Shown here in pieces: positions 27,307 through 35,151 of a stretch of DNA of 64,000 bases. The notes below the pieces were generated by a model. It saw nothing but the letters and a program-made list of their open reading frames with translations. It searched no databases and was not told the DNA's origin. The first letter of the stretch is position 1; every line of letters begins with the position of its first letter. This DNA is from Parasphingorhabdus sp. (GTDB taxonomy: Bacteria > Pseudomonadota > Gammaproteobacteria > Arenicellales > CAJQKF01). The stretch covers positions 3,432 to 67,431 of the forward strand of contig JBLHGU010000005.1 of the NCBI GenBank assembly GCA_047615875.1, in the 5' to 3' direction. Position numbers and translations under genes: made by a program.

Positions 27307-27984
27307 ATGTCTCTCAACGTAGTTGGTGTAGGCATGGGGCGAACCGGTACTGCCTCATTGAAAGTAGCACTTGAACAACTTGGTATCGGTCGTTGTTATC
27401 ATATGACCGAAGTTATGCAACATCCTGTATGTATTCAGGACTGGGTGAATGCGGCTAACGGCACCCCAGACTGGGACAAAATTTTCGATGGTTATGGGGC
27501 TACAGTTGATAATCCGGCCTGTGGCTTCTGGAAAGAACTCTGTAACTTTTACTCACAGGCCAAGGTTATTCTGACAGTTCGCGATGCGGAAAGCTGGTTT
27601 AACTCGACTAACGAAACTATTCACTCAACGGGCTTTGCATCGTTTATAAAGAACAGTCCCTGGGGCGAAATGATTCAACGAACTATATTCGACACGATGG
27701 ACAACCGTATGCAGGATAAGGATTTTATGATGTCCTTTTTCAATAATCGAAGCGATGAAATTATAGACACCATAGCCCCAGAACGCCTGCTGATTTATAA
27801 GGTTGCAGATGGATGGGGTCCGCTATGCGAATTTCTTGAGATTGGCGAACCAGATATCGATTTTCCACGAATCAATAGCCGCAACGAAACCAAAGAGTTA
27901 CTGGATTCAATGATGGCCGCCAGTGGCGATAAGATGAACGACGATGCAATGTCTGAGGCAGCAAAAACATTACACGGTGATTAA
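27307..27984 (+). CDS. Sulfotransferase-family protein (small bacterial/fungal type)
   Basis: N-terminal PAPS-loop-like GVGMGRTGTASL, then YHM...W, DNPA, AKVILTVRD..SWFNS. Confidence 0.7.
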   Translation: MSLNVVGVGMGRTGTASLKVALEQLGIGRCYHMTEVMQHPVCIQDWVNAANGTPDWDKIFDGYGATVDNPACGFWKELCNFYSQAKVILTVRDAESWFNSTNETIHSTGFASFIKNSPWGEMIQRTIFDTMDNRMQDKDFMMSFFNNRSDEIIDTIAPERLLIYKVADGWGPLCEFLEIGEPDIDFPRINSRNETKELLDSMMAASGDKMNDDAMSEAAKTLHGD

Positions 27985-28008
27985 AATATCCCACCGCTTA
28001 CTCTATTC

Positions 28009-28033
28009 ATAGGACGGGTGAAACCTACCATCT
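28009..28033. repeat. REP-like palindromic element, degenerate copy
   Basis: ataggacgggtgaaacctaccatc resembles the consensus gtaggatgggtgaaacccatcctac seen at 28141 (inverted) and 31157. Confidence 0.4.
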
Positions 28034-28140
28034 TGCATGAGTGTAGAAAGTAAAACTTTATTTTCCTCACACTAGTATCTGCGTAGTCCCTCTGCATATA
28101 GATTTCCCTGTAAATTATTATAGCCTGTTAAATTTCTTTT

Positions 28141-28161
28141 GATGGGTTTCACCCATCCTAC
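28141..28161. repeat. REP-like palindromic element (inverted orientation relative to 28009 and 31157)
   Basis: gatgggtttcacccatcctac has a 7-bp stem gatgggt/acccatc with a ttc loop. Its reverse complement matches the copy at 31157 at nearly every position. Confidence 0.55.
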
Positions 28162-28296
28162 GCAATCCGCTGTGGCAAGATTGAATATTCGACTGCAAAT
28201 GTTTGACTAGTTTGAACGAGCACTTAGGGGTGTTCTATAGCCGGTGCAGTGATGCATCGACGCAAGAAAACGAGCTCGATATATTTAATTTAGCCA

Positions 28297-29211
28297 CTAG
28301 ACTAGCGGAACCTCCCCCTTAACCTCCTCTTTTATCGAATGAAATTCAAGGTCACCGATCATCTTTTTCTCGGCAGCTTTCACGGGAGCCTTATGTGAAC
28401 TATTGTCTCCATGGACTGTATGGTAAACGGGTGTGCTTTCGTCACCATCGCCTGACACTGCCGTAATTGCATAGGTAAATTCTTCGCCTTTTACAACGCC
28501 CCGATCAAAGAATGAAAAAGTATCGCCACTCACCTCTGACAATAGGGTCAGCTGATCACCTTGCAATGAATATATTCGATAATTGGCGATCGTTCCACTT
28601 TCGTTCTTATCGTTTCTTTGCCAGTTAATCTGGATTATATGCTCGGCGTTTAAAAAGGCTTTGTTTGTATTTAGATTGGCGGACAGAATCAACGGTGGAG
28701 CCAGATTAAATAAAGATTTGATCGCACTAGATGTCTGTTCGCCATCTGTATTACTTGCCCCTAGAACAATTGCTAACCACCTTGGGTCACTGGGTAGGCC
28801 TGGTAGCAATGTTTCGTACTCGAGATCCAGAATATCTGTACCGTCACTATATTTCTCGGAAACAGTTGTCAGTAGATAATTGCCTTGCGCTGAATTAGGT
28901 GAAGTTGCAGGCGATTCTGACGGGACTGAAGCTGGAGGCGGAGCTGATACAGTCACGGGTTCAGGTGTTGCAACTGACGTAGTTACAGGCGTAGGTTTAG
29001 GAATTGGTTTCGGTGCTGGAGCCATACTCGGTGTCGATATACATTGCCCGCCACCCGCCGTGGAATTCACTGGATCGCATGAGGAACTATCGCAAAAGAC
29101 ATCACTACCACTGCTATCAAAACAAGCCCAGGCACTATTCGACGCGGACAAAACCAGTGCTACCGCACCAATGATTTGTTTTAATGTCAGATTGTTTAAA
29201 AAAATATTCAT
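28297..29211 (-). CDS. Exported (possibly lipidated) protein with a signal peptide, four-Cys module, Pro-rich linker and FN3-like C-terminal domain
   Basis: The signal peptide ends ...SASNSAWA|C. A CFDSSGSDVFCDSSSCDPVNSTAGGGQC module follows, then a PAPKPIPKPTPV...PPPASVP linker. The C-terminal IQINWQR...YRIYS...FTYAITAV pattern resembles fibronectin type III. It lies 10 nt downstream of the TPR/beta-barrel gene. Confidence 0.5.
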   Translation of the reverse strand: MNIFLNNLTLKQIIGAVALVLSASNSAWACFDSSGSDVFCDSSSCDPVNSTAGGGQCISTPSMAPAPKPIPKPTPVTTSVATPEPVTVSAPPPASVPSESPATSPNSAQGNYLLTTVSEKYSDGTDILDLEYETLLPGLPSDPRWLAIVLGASNTDGEQTSSAIKSLFNLAPPLILSANLNTNKAFLNAEHIIQINWQRNDKNESGTIANYRIYSLQGDQLTLLSEVSGDTFSFFDRGVVKGEEFTYAITAVSGDGDESTPVYHTVHGDNSSHKAPVKAAEKKMIGDLEFHSIKEEVKGEVPLV

Positions 29212-29221
29212 AGGTTCGGCC

Positions 29222-30781
29222 TCAGAATTCCGCTGTCAGGCTGACCGAAATTCTTGTCCGGTCGTAATCATAAAACGAAATATTGGATCCATTTTCGAGA
29301 CGATCCAATTGCAGGTTTAATTTCAACTTCTCATTTAATTTTGATTCAACTACTACTCCAAGCTGCATCATATCGTCACGTCTTTTACTACTGGAAAATG
29401 AATTAATATTGTCGTAATCCGTGTTCGATAGTCCCGTATAAGCTGACAACTCCAGCGGGAATCTGCGGGACTGCACCGTTAAACTTGGCAAGGCACGTCT
29501 ACCGTGTAACTGCAAACCAATAGCCTGGGATCCAAAATCATTGCCCGATGCATTGCTAGTACTAAATTGCATCCCCAGAAGGGTTTTCCAAACTGCAAAA
29601 TCCTGGCTTAATCCAATGCCAAAAATATGACCGTCCTCGTCCCTGTTTAGATCATCTACTAAGATCGGACGATCAAAGTCGGCATCCCGAAAAGTATAGA
29701 AGCCATTCAGTTCTCGGTCGTCGTCCAATTGTTTGTTAAGACCCAATGTCATGTAGTTGGTATCTAAAAAATTATCACCGTCTAGCTCACCCTTCGTTAA
29801 CCCTAACGTTGCACTTCCGACTATGGATTGATTGAGCCATTTTGAATACGTCCCATACACAGAATGTCGGGTTGTATCAAACTGATCCATTGAACTAAAG
29901 CGTTCGGAATCAAATTGATAGCCAAGCCGGACAAGCTGGCCACCCTGGTCGTAGGCGCGCCAGTTAATTCCGCCCCCTATTAGAATGGATTCATCCGATA
30001 CGCTGCCAATATCTGCTGGTTTCGCTACTCCATTTGCAAGACCGATAACATTGTCGTTATAACCAAAAGTAGCCTTTAGCCATCCACTGACCGGCTTGGT
30101 TGCGGGATTAGTGTGCTCCCTTGTTACGTTACTGGCATATTCAGATGGAAGGGAACGAATCACCCTTAGATCAAGATCTGATCGATTGTCGTTAGAAATC
30201 ATCTGGTCAAGATAACCAGCTGAATCCTCGTACTCGCCTTGTTGATTAGCCACCTGGGCTAGATAGAAAAATGCGAGATCGTTATCGGGGTCCTGAGCAA
30301 TGGCACCAAGAAGATATCTTTTAGCCTGTTCTGCATCATTAAGCTGCAAATAGGATTTTGCGAGGTATATATAGCCAGCAGATTGAGTCGGTTGATTTTG
30401 GTTATAGGTGGTAAATTTTTTGATCGCTTCGTCTACCTGGCCACTTTCAAGATGAGCACGACCCAGATTAAAACTGAGCAAATTACCCTTATAGCCTGCC
30501 GCCTCAGCGCGATTAAAGTACTCTAACGCATCTACAGGGGAAGCTAGCCCTAACTGCACGATGCCCTGAAAGTTCAGTATTATTGCCCTCGTACTATCCG
30601 CCAAACCAGTCTTGTCTATTGCCGAAAGCGCATCTTCTGCTTGCTGGTATTGGTTCGCCTCGAGAAAACCCAGTGCAGCGGAGAGACTCTCTAAATTATT
30701 TTCCTGAGCTCTGGCGAGTGACGGAGTCGAAAAACAAATAATGAATGCAAATGCTGAAATCCAGCGGAATTTAGTGTTCAT
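29222..30781 (-). CDS. TPR-repeat protein with a C-terminal outer-membrane beta-barrel (Slam/DUF560-like architecture; candidate type XI secretion component)
   Basis: Signal peptide (AFAFIICFSTPSLARA). About 200 aa of TPR-like helices follow (YQQAEDAL, GQVDEAIKKF, AEQAKRYL, GEYEDSAGYL). The next 300 aa or so alternate amphipathic beta strands with GYNDNV and SN..FYDYDR motifs and end in a terminal aromatic (LTAEF). Confidence 0.6.
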   Translation of the reverse strand: MNTKFRWISAFAFIICFSTPSLARAQENNLESLSAALGFLEANQYQQAEDALSAIDKTGLADSTRAIILNFQGIVQLGLASPVDALEYFNRAEAAGYKGNLLSFNLGRAHLESGQVDEAIKKFTTYNQNQPTQSAGYIYLAKSYLQLNDAEQAKRYLLGAIAQDPDNDLAFFYLAQVANQQGEYEDSAGYLDQMISNDNRSDLDLRVIRSLPSEYASNVTREHTNPATKPVSGWLKATFGYNDNVIGLANGVAKPADIGSVSDESILIGGGINWRAYDQGGQLVRLGYQFDSERFSSMDQFDTTRHSVYGTYSKWLNQSIVGSATLGLTKGELDGDNFLDTNYMTLGLNKQLDDDRELNGFYTFRDADFDRPILVDDLNRDEDGHIFGIGLSQDFAVWKTLLGMQFSTSNASGNDFGSQAIGLQLHGRRALPSLTVQSRRFPLELSAYTGLSNTDYDNINSFSSSKRRDDMMQLGVVVESKLNEKLKLNLQLDRLENGSNISFYDYDRTRISVSLTAEF

Positions 30782-31156
30782 ACTATTGGCTAAACTAGTA
30801 ATTATTTACAAAAAGGATTCCTTAATTGTCGCCGCAACTTATCAATATTGGGACTCAATGTAAGCTAAATACGTACAGTATCGAAGGAATACGATTACTT
30901 GTTAGTAGCATACTAAACACGGAGAATATTTGATACTACCAACGTACGCATGTCAAATTCGGGGAACGAATAACCACCTAGAGTGCTCTAGAAACAGCTC
31001 CGAAATTCAAAGTATTACTCATAACTGCGAATTATATATTTACTTTTGTGCTTAGTTTTTAGCTATAGGGCGGCGTATAGCCAACTAAACAGCTATTTTT
31101 TTGTGTATACAAAAAAAGAATTTTACTTTCAATTATCCCTCCATTGGCGATCTCTG

Positions 31157-31180
31157 TAGGATGGATGAAACCCATCCTAC
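31157..31180. repeat. REP-like palindromic element
   Basis: gtaggatggatgaaacccatcctac has 9-bp arms gtaggatgg/ccatcctac. It lies just downstream of the SnoaL-like gene and upstream of the TPR/beta-barrel cassette. Confidence 0.55.
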
Positions 31181-31204
31181 GTTATGACCCATTGGAAGTG
31201 ACTC

Positions 31205-31963
31205 TTATGCGGGATATCTAGAAAAAGCAGATTCAGAACTTACCGTTATCGTTTTTCCACTGACTTTTTGGTGCAATTTTTCAGTAGTATCCCAATGCTC
31301 GACTAGTTTACCTTCCTCGACTCTAAAGAGATCATAGAAAGCGCAGTGATCTTCGCCAAAATAACCTTCACTGACGCATAGTACAAAACTTCCCTCCGCC
31401 AAAATCCGATGCACTTGTTGATAGTCAATCTTTCTTTGATTGTTATCGGATGACTCTAGTGCTGATTTAAGTGCCGAAACATCATCCACAAGTCGTGGAT
31501 TATGCTCGACGTAGGTTTTCTCATCGACATAGTCCACCAAACGATTGAACTTCCCACCGACAAATACAGTTTCAACAAAGGATCGCACTAGTATGCGATT
31601 ATTATCGGTCAATTCATGATCAATCGCCTCAGTTGGACCGTCTACCATACTGTGTCCAGATTTATTTGGTCCTTGCCTACGCTGGATGTTATCCCAGTGC
31701 TCCACCGCTTGACCATCTTCAAAACGAAACACTTCAAAACCAATATTACTGTTTGAGAAGTCATACTCTGTGTGTGCGAAAACGAAATCTCCATCTTCGA
31801 AGGCGCGCACTATATTCACTCGAGGTGAGGTCCTGGACAACCTTTGAAACAAAGCTACCAATCCCTTGCTTCCCTCCTGTGTTTGAGGATTGTGCTGAAT
31901 ATATGTGGCCTCATTAACCACAGCAACTGGTCCCGGATCACCAGTCTCGATGCTTTTCAACAA
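31205..31963 (-). CDS. Tandem SnoaL-like / NTF2-fold protein
   Basis: There are two repeats of the pattern YI/VQ/EHNP...G....F..F.V.DGK.VEHWD. Only a TTG start is available, and an in-frame TAG lies 9 codons upstream of it, so the N-terminus may be clipped. Confidence 0.6.
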   Translation of the reverse strand: MLKSIETGDPGPVAVVNEATYIQHNPQTQEGSKGLVALFQRLSRTSPRVNIVRAFEDGDFVFAHTEYDFSNSNIGFEVFRFEDGQAVEHWDNIQRRQGPNKSGHSMVDGPTEAIDHELTDNNRILVRSFVETVFVGGKFNRLVDYVDEKTYVEHNPRLVDDVSALKSALESSDNNQRKIDYQQVHRILAEGSFVLCVSEGYFGEDHCAFYDLFRVEEGKLVEHWDTTEKLHQKVSGKTITVSSESAFSRYPA

Positions 31964-32199
31964 TGCGCGGATTTGTTCTTTTTTCGACTACGCCACTAGC
32001 CTACATCACCCAATGGCGTATGCAATTAGCCAAGCAACGATTAATTGATTCAAACTTATCTATGATCGATGTTGCACAGGGCGTTGGGTATCAATCCGAA
32101 GCGTCGTTTGGACGAATTTTTAAAAGACATTTTAATATCGCGCCCGCGACTTTTCGTCGCATCGCGAAAGATAGGGTCAAGGAAATGTCTAACATATGA
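31963..32199 (+). pseudogene. AraC-family regulator, C-terminal HTH remnant only
   Basis: The 78-aa ORF TPLAYITQWRMQLAKQRL...IDVAQGVGYQSEASFGRIFKRHFNIAPATFRR is the second HTH of an AraC DNA-binding domain. The roughly 200 aa normally upstream are missing, and that space is occupied by the opposite-strand SnoaL-like gene. Confidence 0.6.
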
Positions 32200-32229
32200 G
32201 TTAGGGTTTTCTTGTTGATAGCCATAAAA

Positions 32230-32877
32230 TCAAAGAATACCTTTTATAAAACTCTCACCAAAAATAATCAACAGAAGTGGAACCGGTGATACTGCTATTA
32301 CTATGGTAAGTAAAAACAATGGTACTGAAAAAAGCCGACTTATTCCTGCTATCAATGCAATACCTCCGCCACCACCGATTATTATATTGCCCGGTATATT
32401 TATCGAAAAGGCCAAAGCAATATATCGATGTTTTAGTAGCGTAGGGGTCAGTCTTTTGGGTGTACTAGATAGAATCAGATTTAGGCGCTGCTCTGAATCC
32501 AGATATCTTAACCTATCCAGAAATTGACTTGCCTTTTGCAACCGCAAGTCATGTAAAAACCGCACAAGCATTTGTTCTGGAATTATTCTTCCCAAAATAA
32601 AGCTTAGGCTAAGTGACGCTACTGTACACAGGTAAACAAGAGGTACGATCTTTGGTCCGAGAATGAGCATAACGGCTAATCCAATTTCCGCACCCGGTAC
32701 GAAGGGGATTGCCATGAGTATCAGGTAAGCAATCATTGAGATCATTATTATACGATGCACGGTAAATTCGTTTACCGGTGTAATATCGTAATCAAGCTCA
32801 CTCACAATCGATTGTGTGAGGAAATTACCTAGTGCAATAACACCGATCAGAAGAAGCAGTTTGAGTATTATATTCAA
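32230..32877 (-). CDS. Polytopic membrane protein of unknown function
   Basis: 215 aa with about five hydrophobic helices and a GGGGG turn. AT-rich codon usage. Confidence 0.5.
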   Translation of the reverse strand: MNIILKLLLLIGVIALGNFLTQSIVSELDYDITPVNEFTVHRIIMISMIAYLILMAIPFVPGAEIGLAVMLILGPKIVPLVYLCTVASLSLSFILGRIIPEQMLVRFLHDLRLQKASQFLDRLRYLDSEQRLNLILSSTPKRLTPTLLKHRYIALAFSINIPGNIIIGGGGGIALIAGISRLFSVPLFLLTIVIAVSPVPLLLIIFGESFIKGIL

Positions 32878-32926
32878 TCGATAATATTATATGACTAACA
32901 ATCCAGCCTAATAACTATAGCTGAGT

Positions 32927-33463
32927 TTACTCTTGCTTTGTCGACTGTTTATCGGTCTGAACCAGGCTTCCCTTGAACCAGTATTTTGTTTCAAACGTCC
33001 AATACCATCGTCTGTTCGTCCAGGTAAAAACCCCCTCGATACTATCGCCATCAGTAACACCTTCCCACAAAATAGTCGCATCAGACTTAAGACAAGGTGT
33101 CACGGCTTTTACTTTGACTTGATTATCAATTTTCTGGAGCCAGTATTCTCCATCCGTATAGCCACATCTTCTTTCACACCCTTTTGAAACGAATTTTCCT
33201 CCATCGAATTTTATCAAATCCGTTGAAGTAGCTGGCTCGCCTACTGGGCCAAGTTCACCTGAGAAAGATTTACCTTCTAGGAATGAGATACTGGTAGAGT
33301 TTGATACTAGTTCCGGTTGTAAGTCCCCAGCCGACAGCAGAGAACTGGCACAACTAACCAGGAAAAAACAAAATTTAACAACGCTCCGAATAGCAGTATT
33401 CCACCATTGAAAGCAGTTGTTACTATTCAAATAAATATTTCGTCTTTTTATATATTCAAGCAT
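32927..33463 (-). CDS. Putative lipoprotein of unknown function (start uncertain)
   Basis: Lipobox-like FLVSC preceded by a short hydrophobic stretch, with a W/Y/K-rich beta-type mature region. The ATG at 33463 gives an unusually long n-region, and an internal TTG start is possible. Confidence 0.45.
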   Translation of the reverse strand: MLEYIKRRNIYLNSNNCFQWWNTAIRSVVKFCFFLVSCASSLLSAGDLQPELVSNSTSISFLEGKSFSGELGPVGEPATSTDLIKFDGGKFVSKGCERRCGYTDGEYWLQKIDNQVKVKAVTPCLKSDATILWEGVTDGDSIEGVFTWTNRRWYWTFETKYWFKGSLVQTDKQSTKQE

Positions 33464-33604
33464 TTTTGAAAACTGGCACAGTCATACCAATACTGATTAC
33501 AATCGTAGTTTATATGATTCCTCGTCATACTGGAATTTCATAATGATGAAGACCGCTATTTTCGAATTACCCAGCTAAAAATACATGATGTAAGTAACGG
33601 CACT

Positions 33605-34786
33605 TTAACCTCTGATTGGTATATCGACCAACTTACCTCGGGGAATTTCCGCAGCCTTGTCGTACAATGGCAGTTCCGCCAATCTGCCGTGATGCATATC
33701 CCCATCAATACAGCCCACCATAACTTCGGCTCCAGCCGACAAACCACTATCATTCATTAACGCTATCCCTATACCCTGTTTTAAGTAGGGCGAAATAGCG
33801 CCGGCAGTGACATGTCCCACAACTTTTTCATCAATTTTTATCGGCGCGCCAATATGCGGCTCTGCGCTACAAAGAAGACCACTCTGTCGGTTTTCTCGAG
33901 GAGCTTTTCTCAGCGCTGATTTACCGATAAAGTCAGCTTTATCCTGGTCAACAAATTGTCCTAAACCCACATCGTAGGGCGTGGTTGTATGGTCGAAATC
34001 TGATCCCGCATTAAGTATGCCGGCCTCGATTCGGCGAATATGCATGGAATCCAATCCGAAGAGACCAATACCGTAGGGTTCGCCAGCCTTTTCTATATGA
34101 GCCCACAATGCCTCGGCATCATGATGTGCTTCTGTATAGTATTCCCAGCCCAGTTCATTAGTATAGCCTGTGCGGGTGACGACTACTTCCTGGCCGCAAA
34201 AGCTGACTTTAGTCTGCGCAAAATAACCAAAGCGTTCAGGCAAACCATTGTCACTGGCGGCTGCCAGGACTTTAAGGGCATTGGGACCCTGCACCTGAGA
34301 AACATAGACGTGCGGATCAGATATACGGACATCCATGCCAATGGCGTGGGCTCTGGCCCAACTGTAAAAATCACCATCTGCCTGGGCGTACCAGAAGCGA
34401 TCCTCACTCAAGCGCAACAAGATACCGTCAACTAGTAAACCGCCGTCTTCATAGCAGGCCAGACCATATCCACAGCGTCCGGGCTTTAGTTTTGTAATAT
34501 CTTTGGTGAATAATTTGTTCAGCAAAGCTTCCGCATCAGGTCCGTCAAATTGCAATGGATACTCGCCCGTATTCAGCACAGCGACCTTCTGGCGCAGCAA
34601 CCAGTAACCTTCCTTAGTGGAAAGTTGGTCGAAACAACAGGCCATCAAGCGTCGGTTGTAAACGCAATAGTGGGGCCCGAGGGGTCGTTCAATTTCATGA
34701 TAGGGATGCCTTGATAAAGAAAAATCCCAACCTGCACCGGGTATGGTGCTAACCAGATCCCGTGTTTTACCGTCGCTGGACCGCAT
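33605..34786 (-). CDS. GcvT-family aminomethyltransferase (DmdA-like demethylase candidate)
   Basis: 393 aa. It has the GcvT-fold pattern (WLLRQKVAVLNTG, QVQGPNA, GYTNELGWEYY, EAGILNAGSD, and a C-terminal beta-barrel with GHVTAGAISP). Confidence 0.75.
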   Translation of the reverse strand: MRSSDGKTRDLVSTIPGAGWDFSLSRHPYHEIERPLGPHYCVYNRRLMACCFDQLSTKEGYWLLRQKVAVLNTGEYPLQFDGPDAEALLNKLFTKDITKLKPGRCGYGLACYEDGGLLVDGILLRLSEDRFWYAQADGDFYSWARAHAIGMDVRISDPHVYVSQVQGPNALKVLAAASDNGLPERFGYFAQTKVSFCGQEVVVTRTGYTNELGWEYYTEAHHDAEALWAHIEKAGEPYGIGLFGLDSMHIRRIEAGILNAGSDFDHTTTPYDVGLGQFVDQDKADFIGKSALRKAPRENRQSGLLCSAEPHIGAPIKIDEKVVGHVTAGAISPYLKQGIGIALMNDSGLSAGAEVMVGCIDGDMHHGRLAELPLYDKAAEIPRGKLVDIPIRG

Positions 34787-34884
34787 AAAGTTTGCCTCCT
34801 CAAGTTAATAGTCAATCAATTTCTGAATAGAAAAACCGTAACATTCCTTTATTTTTCAAGCAAATGACAATTAAATGAAGATTT

Positions 34885-35151
34885 ATGCAAAGCCCCAGCC
34901 TGGCCGGTGTCCAGGGCATCGTGTCTTCTGGCATTGGTGTTACGTTAATTAACCGCGGTCTGCTGACTGCTGATCAATGCAAATGGCCCGAAGCCAGGCA
35001 ATTTGATGAGAAACCCAGCGTCAAATTTGTGATTCGTGCGACTCGGCTGATCCCACAAAAACTGCTGGCACTAGTGAAAACGGAATTAGAGGCGTTTCTG
35101 CCGGGATTGGAGAACATATCGGGCCCTAATGGTACTTTCTTAAGCCCATAA
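34885..35151 (+). pseudogene. LysR-type regulator, C-terminal substrate-binding-domain remnant
   Basis: The 88-aa ORF (VQGIVSSGIGVTLINRGLL...VKFVIRATRLIPQKLLALVKTELEAF) resembles the last third of a LysR effector domain. No HTH-coding sequence lies upstream. Confidence 0.45.

Noticed and set aside
33556-33753. 65-aa ORF overlapping the 3' end of the GcvT-like gene.
   Set aside because: It lies on the same strand in a different frame inside a supported gene, with no independent signals.
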